This document shows, in pieces, positions 8,484 to 16,611 of a DNA stretch of 64,000 bases. The notes under the pieces were generated by a model. That model was not told the DNA's origin and searched no databases. It worked only from the letters and a program-made list of their open reading frames with translations. Origin of the DNA: an uncultured Actinomycetes bacterium (GTDB taxonomy: Bacteria; Actinomycetota; UBA4738; HRBIN12); NCBI GenBank assembly GCA_963704725.1, contig OY969934.1:3104001-3168000 (forward strand), in the 5' to 3' direction. Positions within the stretch are counted from its first letter, which is position 1; every line of letters starts with the position of its first letter. The position numbers and the translations under genes are program-made.

Positions 8484-10121
8484 CTACCCCCTGATCGAGT
8501 CGACGATCTGTCGCGCCGTGGCGTTGGAGTTGGCGAGCGCCAGGAGGAACAGCGCGAGCAACAGCTTGTAGGAGAGGTACTCCGCCCAGCGACCGGCGGC
8601 GTAGAAGTACGACCAGACGCTCTCCTCGTTCTCGATCGTGATCCCCGGACTCTTGCGGAACGCCGCCTCGATCGACTCGGTCGCCTTGCGCAGCAGCGTG
8701 GTCACCAGTCGCTGCCCGCCGAGGACGCGGCTCCGCGCCCGCTGCATGGCGGAGGCCCCACCGGTCTTCGTCCGACCGCCGTCTCGGCCCGAGCCGCGGA
8801 AGGACCGCATCGACCAGGCCCAGGCCAGCACGCGGATCGCGGTGGCGATCAGGAGCAGCCACAGCAGCGCCCGGAGCGGATAGCTGGGCCTGACGAGATA
8901 CCCGCCGATCGTGCGGTACCCGGCATCGAACAGCCTCGCGACGCCGCTCCGCTCCTCGTGCTGCAGCGACAGGAGGATGAAGCGCGCGTCGTTCGCGAGC
9001 GGGATGTCGCCTGATGCGCGGGCGCTCTCCTCCAGCCGGCCGAGCATCTGGTACTGCACCCCCTCGCCGATGATCTGACCCACGATCCCGACGTCCATCC
9101 GCAGCCGGCCCGCGGAAACCTCGGTGAGGTCGATGCGTTGTCCCTCGGCGAACCCCACGCCGGTGAGGTCGAGGGTGCCGGTGGTGCTCAGGCCGAACAG
9201 CGCCGCTCCACCGGAGAACCGCGCGCCGCGGAAGTCGACCGAGCTCTGGGACCGCACGCCCACGAACGACACGGGGGCCTCGAAGGCCGTGACCCGGAAC
9301 GACGCCGGCTGCGCGAAGGTCGACTCGTCGAAGGTCGCGGTCGACTCGAACGTGGTGAGCGCGAAGTCGGTGCTTCCGCCGAACGTCGCGCTCGCGAAGC
9401 GCGCGAGCCCTCCGAAGCACCGGCTCCCGAAATCGGCGGTGCCACCGAACCTCGACCGGGCGAAGCCCGCGTCGCCCCGGAAGGCGCCCGCCGAGCCGGC
9501 GCACGCGCCGGCGGCGGGCGCGTCGCCCTCCGCGGCCGCGGTGAACACCGCGTCCTCGGCGAACGTCGCCAGGTCGAACGCGGCCGAGCCCCCGAACTCC
9601 GTCCCTGCGAACGAGGCGGTGGCGAGGAACCGCGCCCCGGTGAAGTCCGCGCTCTGCGCGATCTCCGCCCGGTCGAAGCTCACCGGGCCGGTGAACCTTG
9701 CCAGGCGCGCCCCCAGGTGTTCGCCACCGACCTCCGCTCCCTCAAGGAGCAGGGCGTCGCCGAAGACCGCGCCGCCCAGCTCGACGTCGCCTGCGACCCG
9801 CATCCCACCGAGATCGACGAGACGCTCGAACACGACGTCGGTGGCCATGAGGGAGCCCTCGAGCGCGCAGTCGCGGCACCGCACGGGCTCCGTGACCGTT
9901 CCGATCGGCCGGACGTCGACATCGCCGACGATCGTCACGCCGCGCAGGTCCACGGGCGCTCCGGACCCGAGCATGGCGACGATCTCGTCGCCTCCCAGCG
10001 AACCGTCGGCCGGCGCACGGTCGTCGGCGATCGCCCCCGCGTCGTGCGGCGACGCGAACGCCAGGACGGCGGTCGCCGCAGCGATCGCGGACGCCTCCAT
10101 CCATCTCCGTGGGATCGGCAT
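8484..10121 (-). CDS. Pentapeptide-repeat (AxFxxAxF) membrane protein with N-terminal signal-like peptide
   Basis: GGAGG RBS before MPIPRRWME; many ADFTGARF/ASFAGTEF repeats; GYLVRP then TM helices. Confidence 0.85.
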   Translation of the reverse strand: MPIPRRWMEASAIAAATAVLAFASPHDAGAIADDRAPADGSLGGDEIVAMLGSGAPVDLRGVTIVGDVDVRPIGTVTEPVRCRDCALEGSLMATDVVFERLVDLGGMRVAGDVELGGAVFGDALLLEGAEVGGEHLGARLARFTGPVSFDRAEIAQSADFTGARFLATASFAGTEFGGSAAFDLATFAEDAVFTAAAEGDAPAAGACAGSAGAFRGDAGFARSRFGGTADFGSRCFGGLARFASATFGGSTDFALTTFESTATFDESTFAQPASFRVTAFEAPVSFVGVRSQSSVDFRGARFSGGAALFGLSTTGTLDLTGVGFAEGQRIDLTEVSAGRLRMDVGIVGQIIGEGVQYQMLGRLEESARASGDIPLANDARFILLSLQHEERSGVARLFDAGYRTIGGYLVRPSYPLRALLWLLLIATAIRVLAWAWSMRSFRGSGRDGGRTKTGGASAMQRARSRVLGGQRLVTTLLRKATESIEAAFRKSPGITIENEESVWSYFYAAGRWAEYLSYKLLLALFLLALANSNATARQIVDSIRG

Positions 10122-10280
10122 CCCCTCCGGTGAGTGCCGCGAACCGCCGCGCGCCGTGGTCGAACCATAGGGAATCGGGCCACTCGCCGGACTCGGTCGT
10201 TCGGGCTGCGCTGCCCTCCGTAGGCCGCCAGCGCCGACTAGGCTTCGGGTTCCGCCCACGATCTCGGACGGGAGGTCACC

Positions 10281-10457
10281 CTGGCCAAGCTCATCTACTC
10301 GGCGATCGCCTCCCTCGACGGCTACGTGGCCGACGAGGAGGGGAGCTTCGACTGGGCCGCGCCCGACGAGGAGGGGTTCGGCAGCGGCGTGGTCCACCTT
10401 CACTACGCGTGGCGCCGATCACGTCCTTCGCGTGCTCATCGTCACATTGACCTCTGA
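10281..10457 (+). pseudogene. Internally deleted dihydrofolate reductase (RibD_C) family remnant
   Basis: GGAGG then CTG; LAKLIYSAIASLDGYVADEEGSFDWAAPDEE joined directly to the C-terminal motif FGSGVVHLHY. Confidence 0.8.
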
Positions 10458-10475
10458 CCTGCGTACCGGCACAAT
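10447..10475 (+). promoter_or_regulatory. SigA-type promoter of the HAMP-cyclase gene
   Basis: TTGACC-17 nt-CACAAT, 26 nt before GTG 10502. Confidence 0.6.
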
Positions 10476-10501
10476 GCGCGCTCAGGGCTGGGGGAGGGCG
10501 C

Positions 10502-12127
10502 GTGAAGACCGAGGATCGACCGGCGCCGCCGGTGGTGGTGGTGAACGACGTGCCGCCACCCGATCCGGATCCCGAACGGCTGCCGCGGCTGATCCGGCCG
10601 GCCGTCGACTTCATCGCCAGGATCCGGGCGAAGGTCCACACGAAGCTCCTGGCCGGGTTCCTCGTGATCGCCGTCCTCATGCTCGGCATGGGCGTGATGA
10701 GCATCTTCGTCATCGGGCGCATGAACCACCAGGCAAACCAGCTCATCGAGCTCCAGCGCCTCAGCGACCTGTCCCGGCAGGGTCTCTACGTCATCACGGC
10801 GCAGAGCCACTACCGGGCGATGGCGCTCAACACCCAGGACGACACGTGGAACGACAAGATCGCGCTCGCCAAGGGGAACTTCCTCGCCCAGCTGAACGGC
10901 ATCGAGGCGGTCGGCGGGCCCGGCGTGCAGGAGACCGTCGACCAGCTCCGCGAGATCAACACGCGGTACGCCGCCGCGGGGGCCGAGGTCCTGGCGCTCT
11001 ACAACCAAGGCGATCTCGACCGCGCGCTCACGCTCCACATCTCCGCCGAGCACGAGATCTCGCACGAGCTCGAGGACCCGCTCAACGCGCTCATCGCCAC
11101 GACGGAGGAGCGGATCGCGCAGGCGTCGGCCCGGCTCGCTTCGCTGCACCATTTCCTGCTGACGTCGGTCGTGACCCTTTCCGCAGTCAGCCTGCTCATC
11201 GCTCTCGGCCTGGGCGCCGTCCTGTCGTGGTCGCTGATCCGCCCGGTCCGCCAGGTGGACCTGGCGCTGGCCCGGATCGCGAGCGGCGACTTCGATGAGC
11301 AGGTGGAGGTCCCCAACCGCGACGAGTTCGGCCGGCTCACCGCCAACCTCAACCGGACGAGCGGCCGGCTGGCCGAGCTCTACACCGACCTCACCACGCT
11401 GAACGAGAACCTCGAGCGGACCGTGGAGGAGCAGCTCGGCCAGATCCGGCGGGCGGAGCGGCTCCGCCGCTACCTGGCGCCGCAGGTGGCCGACGCCGTC
11501 CTGTCCGGCGGCGCGCCGGTGACGCTGGAGTCGACGCGGCGGAACCTCACGATCCTGTTCGCGAACATCCGCGGGTTCACCTCGATGTCCGAGCGCGTCG
11601 AGCCCGAGGAGCTCATCGACTCGCTCAACGAGTACTTCGCGGCCATGACCGACGTGGTGTTCCGGCACGGGGGCACGCTCGACAAGTACGTCGGCGACGG
11701 GATCCTCGCGTTCTTCGGCGACCCCATCCCCTTCGAGGACCACGCGGAGCGCGCGGTGGCGACGGCGCTCGAGATGCGCGCGCACCTACGCGGCCTCCGG
11801 TCGAGGTGGATGGAGCGCCTGCACGAGGAGCTGAACGTCGGCATCGGCATCAGCACCGGCTACGTCACGGTGGGCAACATCGGCTCGGACACCCGGACCG
11901 AGTACACCGTCATCGGCAACCACGTGAACCTGGCCTCGGGGCTCGCGGAGTCGGCCGGCCCGAACCAGATCCTCGTGTCCGAGCGGACCCTGGCCGCCGT
12001 CCGGGGCCGGGTCGAGGCCGAGCCGGTGGACGCCATCACGCTCGAGGACGTGCACCGGCCGGTCCGCATCTTCGAGATCACGAGGGCCGACTTCACCACG
12101 CCGGCCTCGCTGAAGCGCGTCTTCTGA
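10502..12127 (+). CDS. Membrane class III nucleotide cyclase homolog (2 TM, helical sensor, HAMP), degenerate active site
   Basis: HAMP PVRQV...GDF...DEFGRL; cyclase TILFANIRGFT, DKYVGDG, GIGISTG, YTVIGNHVNLASGL. Confidence 0.92.
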   Translation: MKTEDRPAPPVVVVNDVPPPDPDPERLPRLIRPAVDFIARIRAKVHTKLLAGFLVIAVLMLGMGVMSIFVIGRMNHQANQLIELQRLSDLSRQGLYVITAQSHYRAMALNTQDDTWNDKIALAKGNFLAQLNGIEAVGGPGVQETVDQLREINTRYAAAGAEVLALYNQGDLDRALTLHISAEHEISHELEDPLNALIATTEERIAQASARLASLHHFLLTSVVTLSAVSLLIALGLGAVLSWSLIRPVRQVDLALARIASGDFDEQVEVPNRDEFGRLTANLNRTSGRLAELYTDLTTLNENLERTVEEQLGQIRRAERLRRYLAPQVADAVLSGGAPVTLESTRRNLTILFANIRGFTSMSERVEPEELIDSLNEYFAAMTDVVFRHGGTLDKYVGDGILAFFGDPIPFEDHAERAVATALEMRAHLRGLRSRWMERLHEELNVGIGISTGYVTVGNIGSDTRTEYTVIGNHVNLASGLAESAGPNQILVSERTLAAVRGRVEAEPVDAITLEDVHRPVRIFEITRADFTTPASLKRVF

Positions 12128-14074
12128 TCAGCGCCAGCGGATCGAGACCACCTCGACGGGTTCGCTGACGCCCTTCAGCTCGGCGGCGTGGCGGTCCGCG
12201 ACCTCCAGCCCCTCGAGCCCATCGACGGTCGACGCGCTCGCCAGGATCTCGCCGCCGCCGGCGAGCGCGCCGATCCGGGCGGCCACGTGCACGCCCATCC
12301 CCGTGTACTTCCCGCCCTGTTGCGCGGCCGCCGCGGCGTGGACGCCGATGCGGACCTGGGGGGCGAACCCGTGCTCGCGCCGGTGCTGGGCGAGCCGACG
12401 CTGGATCTCCCGGGCGCACGCGACCGCGGAGGCAGCGTCGCCGAACGCGATGAAGAACCCGTCGCCCGTGTGGTCGACCTCCTCCCCGCCGTGCTCCGCG
12501 AAGCACCGCCGGAGCGACTCGTCGTGCCACCGGCGGAGATCGGTCCACGCCTCGTCGCCGATCGCCTCGAGCAGGGCCGTCGAGCCGGTGATGTCGGTGA
12601 AGACGAACGTCCGGTCGGCCTGCGCGGGAGCCGTCGCCGGGCGGAAGGCCGCCATCCGCGCCTCGGCCTCGCGAAGGTCTGGCCCCGCGCCGAGCTGCGC
12701 GAAGAGCGACCGGGCGCCCTCGAGCTCGATCGCGGCGCCCTCGCGGTCGCCCTCGGCGGCGAGCGCCTCGGCCAGGAGCCGGCTCGCCCGGGCGATCTCG
12801 TACGGAGCCTCGACCGACCGCCAGAGCTGCCGGGCCCGCAGGAACCGGCGCGAGGCGCTCCCCTCACCGGCCGTGAGCTCCGCCAGGCCGTGGGCCCACT
12901 CCGCGCCGGCCCGGATCGCGTCGCTGCCGAACGCCTCCGCCATGTCGTCGAGCTCGGCCGCGGTGGACCACGCAAGCCCGGCATCGCCCGCGCGCCACGC
13001 GATCTCGGCCTGGGCGGGCAGGAGACGGGCCCGCATCAGGCGGTTCCACTCCAGATCGTCCAGGCTCCGGCGGATCGAGGCCGCGGCCTCGTCCACCTTG
13101 TCCTCGCGCAGCAGGAGCAACGCCCTGCCCGGCTGCGGGTCCGCGCCGAGCTCGGTCGCCCGGCGGAAGGCGTCCTCGGCCCCGGCGCCGTCGCCCATCC
13201 GGAGCCGGATCTCGCCGAGCTCGTGGAAGGCCTCGCCGGCGTGCATCGGGCTGAACTCGGACAGCTCGTCCGTGGCCTTCTGCAGCTCGGTGTCCGCTTC
13301 GGCCCAGCTCCCGAGCAGCCGCATCACCTCGGCGCGGCGCACGCGACAGATGCCCGGGAAGCCGCTGATCGACTGGCGCTCGCACCACCGCGTGGCGACG
13401 TCGGCCCACTCGCTCGCGCGGCGGTAGTCCGCGAGGTCGCGGCCGGCGCTGATGGCGTTGCAGAACACGGCTCCGGTCGTGTAGGCGCCCAGCTCGCCGC
13501 CGACGGCTGCGGCGCAGACCTCTTCCATCATGGGCCAGCCCTCGGCGACGCGCCCCATGTCGAGCAGGAGCATCCCCGAGTACGTGGAGGCCCAGGCGTG
13601 CAGATCGACGTCGCCGATCCTGTCCGCGATCTCGAGGCCCCGCCGCACGTGGGCCAGGGCCTCCTCGAGCCGGCCGAGACCCCACGGCGCGGTGGCCCTC
13701 GCGAGCTCGAGGTATCCCTGGGCCACGGACTCCGGCTCCTCGGCCAGGAGCCGCTCGGCGCGGGTGAGCCATCCCTGCGCCACGGATCTCGCGAGCTTGG
13801 TGGCGTTCGCGCGCCGCAGGGTCAGGGCCACGAAAGCGGCCCGGGACCGGTCGCCGCGTTCGATGTGCCGCGCGTAGGCGCGCTCGAAGACCTCGATCGC
13901 CTCGTTGTGTCGGCCCACCCACCACGCCGACTTCGCCAGGGCCTCGAGGTCGGCGGCGTCGAGCTCCTCCGTCCCGTTCGCCGCCGCGAGCGCCTCGTAC
14001 GCCTCGGGCCATGCGCGCCGATCGACGGCCCGGCGACCGGTCTCGAGCTGCTCCTGCGTGGCGGGGGCGACCAT
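12128..14074 (-). CDS. TPR-like (MalT/LuxR-associated type) helical protein with C-terminal class III cyclase domain
   Basis: Helical repeats with APYEIAR; TFVFTDITGST, DHTGDG, RIGVH, VHVAARI, LKGV. Confidence 0.9.
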   Translation of the reverse strand: MVAPATQEQLETGRRAVDRRAWPEAYEALAAANGTEELDAADLEALAKSAWWVGRHNEAIEVFERAYARHIERGDRSRAAFVALTLRRANATKLARSVAQGWLTRAERLLAEEPESVAQGYLELARATAPWGLGRLEEALAHVRRGLEIADRIGDVDLHAWASTYSGMLLLDMGRVAEGWPMMEEVCAAAVGGELGAYTTGAVFCNAISAGRDLADYRRASEWADVATRWCERQSISGFPGICRVRRAEVMRLLGSWAEADTELQKATDELSEFSPMHAGEAFHELGEIRLRMGDGAGAEDAFRRATELGADPQPGRALLLLREDKVDEAAASIRRSLDDLEWNRLMRARLLPAQAEIAWRAGDAGLAWSTAAELDDMAEAFGSDAIRAGAEWAHGLAELTAGEGSASRRFLRARQLWRSVEAPYEIARASRLLAEALAAEGDREGAAIELEGARSLFAQLGAGPDLREAEARMAAFRPATAPAQADRTFVFTDITGSTALLEAIGDEAWTDLRRWHDESLRRCFAEHGGEEVDHTGDGFFIAFGDAASAVACAREIQRRLAQHRREHGFAPQVRIGVHAAAAAQQGGKYTGMGVHVAARIGALAGGGEILASASTVDGLEGLEVADRHAAELKGVSEPVEVVSIRWR

Positions 14075-14173
14075 CCGAGGATTGTGCGGCCGGGTGCCGG
14101 ATGCGGCAACGACTCGGCAGGACCTCGAGCGGTCACCGATCCGAAGGTCGCCGCTCGGCCGGCCGAGGTCCGG

Positions 14174-14767
14174 TCAGCCGGTCTCGTCGCCCATGACGGA
14201 GCTGCCGATGAACACGGCGCCCGCGGCGATCGCCAGGCGCTTGGAGGTGATGTCGCCCTCGACGCGGGCACGGGGTCCGAGCTCCACCTTCCCGAGGCCC
14301 ACGACGTCGCCCTTGACCACCCCGCCGATCTGGACGTTGCGAGCCCGGATGCTCCCGTCGAGGCGGCTCTCGGCGGGCAGGGACACGTCGCCCTTGGCCG
14401 CGAGGTTGCCCTTGACCTGACCGGCCAGCGTGATGTCGGTGGCCTGGATGTTGGCCTCCACCCGGCCCCCGGCCGACAGGGATACCTCCTTCTCCGCGCT
14501 GATCCGGCCCTTGACCTCGCCGTCGACGCGGAGGGAGCCGGCCGCCACCACGGTGCCCTCGATCCTCGTCCCCCGGCTCACCACGGAGAGGTCGGCGGGG
14601 TCCTGCGAGCGGTCCATGCTCACCTCCTGCGCAGCGCGCGTCTCGTCCCGTTCCACCGTCGAGGCGTGAGGCGCCTCCGCGACCTCCGCCGGCTCGGTCG
14701 TGGGGATCCGAGATCCCTGCGGCGCATCCGACTCGTCTCGGCCTCGGGAATGGCGCCAGCGGCCCAT
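14174..14767 (-). CDS. Bactofilin (polymer-forming cytoskeletal protein)
   Basis: SVVSRGTRIEGTV...SLRVDGEVKG...VEGDITSKRLAIAAGAVFIG; alternative start ATG 14617. Confidence 0.9.
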   Translation of the reverse strand: MGRWRHSRGRDESDAPQGSRIPTTEPAEVAEAPHASTVERDETRAAQEVSMDRSQDPADLSVVSRGTRIEGTVVAAGSLRVDGEVKGRISAEKEVSLSAGGRVEANIQATDITLAGQVKGNLAAKGDVSLPAESRLDGSIRARNVQIGGVVKGDVVGLGKVELGPRARVEGDITSKRLAIAAGAVFIGSSVMGDETG

Positions 14768-14774
14768 CGGCCTC

Positions 14775-15158
14775 CTAGGGTGAGGGCCGGCGGATGCGCA
14801 CCCGCAGGATGTCGCGAAGGCTGACGATCCCCACGAGGTTCTTCCCCTCGACGACCGGCAGGTGGCGGAATCCCTGGCCCATCATGATCTCGGCGGCGTC
14901 CTCCGCGTCCACGTCGGGGGTCGCGGTGACGGGCTCCTCGGTCATCCAGTCGCCGACCCGGGCCGAGGGCAGGTCGGCGCCCGATGCCGCCGCGCGGAGC
15001 ACGTCGCGCTCGGTGAAGATCCCCACCAGCCAGCTGCCCTCGGTGATCACCGCGGATCCGAATCGCCCCTTCAGCATGCTCGCCGCCACCTCTGCGACCG
15101 AGGCGTCCCGGGTCGTCGTGAAGACGTCGCCGGTCATGATCTCCTTCAGGTTCGGCAT
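14775..15158 (-). CDS. CBS domain pair protein
   Basis: LVGIFTERD, FRHLPVV, LVGIVSLRDI. Confidence 0.92.
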   Translation of the reverse strand: MPNLKEIMTGDVFTTTRDASVAEVAASMLKGRFGSAVITEGSWLVGIFTERDVLRAAASGADLPSARVGDWMTEEPVTATPDVDAEDAAEIMMGQGFRHLPVVEGKNLVGIVSLRDILRVRIRRPSP

Positions 15159-15167
15159 GCCCGCCCC

Positions 15168-15428
15168 TCAGCCGCCCTCGCCGCCGACCTCGTGGTGCTC
15201 CGAGTCCTCGAGCGGGGTGGCGGCCTCGGCGACGTCCACGTTGAGCCGTCGCCACAGCGCACCCGCCCACGAGCCGACATGGGGCCAGCGCTGCCAGAAG
15301 ACCTGCAGGGTCGCATCGTCGAGCGATCCCGCCGCCTCGTCCGCCGTCATCGAGTCGGCGACGCCCTCGAACTCCTCGATCGCGCGTAGCAGACGTTCGG
15401 CGTCGTCCACGGCCCTCTCCTCGTTCAC
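15168..15428 (-). CDS. Hypothetical protein (86 aa, acidic, Trp-rich)
   Basis: GC3-biased ORF with leaderless TAGACT-7nt-GTG; directly upstream of the CBS gene. Confidence 0.75.
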   Translation of the reverse strand: MNEERAVDDAERLLRAIEEFEGVADSMTADEAAGSLDDATLQVFWQRWPHVGSWAGALWRRLNVDVAEAATPLEDSEHHEVGGEGG

Positions 15429-15507
15429 CTGCGCGAGTCTAGTCCGAGCCGCCCTCGATCCGCCGGGCCGCGATCCGGTGGCGCGGCTCGCGCACGGCTC
15501 GACCGGC

Positions 15508-16602
15508 TCAGGCGGTGGGGACCCCCAGCACGTAGTCCTCGTCCTCGGGATCCCACTCCAGCGTGATCACGCCCTGGGTGTCGGCGGCCTTGACGAATTG
15601 CAGGAAGCTCCCGTAGCCGAACGTCTTCTCGCTGAAGCCGGGCTGGACCTTGCGCACCTTGTTCTTGAGCCCCGACAGGTTCGCCGTCTGGCGCTTCGCC
15701 TGCAGGTCGGCCACCACGGATCGGAGCAGGGCGAAGGCCTCCGTCTCGCCGCCGTGGACCGGCAGGGAGACCTCGGGGTCGCCCTTGGCCGAGCCCTCGC
15801 TCAGCTCGATCACGTTGCGCTCGGCCAGGTGCCGGAGCAGCTCGCCGAACGCGCGGAAGCCGTACTCGCCCTCGTTGAACGTGGGGTCCTTCCGCAACAA
15901 CGCGCGCTTGATCGTCGAGGCGAGCACCGTGCCGCCCGAGGACCGCTGCAGCCCCGCCACCGTCTGGGCCACGCGCACCGCGAGCTCGTCGAGGTCGCGC
16001 GGCGCCTCCTCGGCGACCGGCTCCACCTCCTCGGCCGGCGGCTCCGGCGTGGCGGCCTTCTTCTTCGTGGACCGCCCGCCGCGCGACCCACCGCTCCGGC
16101 GGCGGCCGGCGCCGGACGGGACGTCCACGCCGTCGAGCGTCTCGTAGAACAGGAACTCGTCGCACGCCGGCGGGAGCAGCGCCGAGGTCGAGTCCTTGAT
16201 CCCGACGCCGATCACGTGCTTGTTCAGCTCGCGGAGCTTGTGGACGAGCGGCGTGAGGTCGCTGTCGCCCGTGCAGATGACGAACGTCGTGATGTAGTCG
16301 CGCTCGAACGCCATCTCCATCGCGTCGACGGCCATCTTGATGTCGCCGGCGTTCTTCCGCGAGGCCCGCATGCGCTGCGGGATCTCGATCAGCTCGACCT
16401 GCCACCGGGTGAGCATCCGGCGGTCCTCGTCGAACGCCGACCAGTCCGCGTACGCCTTGCGGGCGATCACCCTGCCGCGCTCGGCGAGCGCGTCGAGCAC
16501 GGGCTTGAGGTCGAAGGTCAGGCCGCCGAGCGCGTCGCGCGCCCCGATGGCCAGGTTCTCGTAGTCCAGGAACAGCGCGATCCGTTCGTCGTCGGCATCC
16601 AC
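15508..16602 (-). CDS. NYN (PIN-like, LabA/DUF88) RNase domain protein with two OST-HTH/LOTUS domains
   Basis: IALFLDYEN, KNAGDIKMAVD, GDSDL, CDEFLFY; FNEGEYGFRAFGELL and FSEKTFGYGSFLQF. Confidence 0.92.
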   Translation of the reverse strand: MDADDERIALFLDYENLAIGARDALGGLTFDLKPVLDALAERGRVIARKAYADWSAFDEDRRMLTRWQVELIEIPQRMRASRKNAGDIKMAVDAMEMAFERDYITTFVICTGDSDLTPLVHKLRELNKHVIGVGIKDSTSALLPPACDEFLFYETLDGVDVPSGAGRRRSGGSRGGRSTKKKAATPEPPAEEVEPVAEEAPRDLDELAVRVAQTVAGLQRSSGGTVLASTIKRALLRKDPTFNEGEYGFRAFGELLRHLAERNVIELSEGSAKGDPEVSLPVHGGETEAFALLRSVVADLQAKRQTANLSGLKNKVRKVQPGFSEKTFGYGSFLQFVKAADTQGVITLEWDPEDEDYVLGVPTA

Positions 16603-16611
16603 GGCCCCACC

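Noticed and set aside
15508-16602. NYN-LOTUS, NERD, PLD and MazF as a defence island
   Set aside because: They are scattered over 40 kb among housekeeping genes with no mobility genes; the PLD has cardiolipin-synthase-like rather than nuclease-like features.
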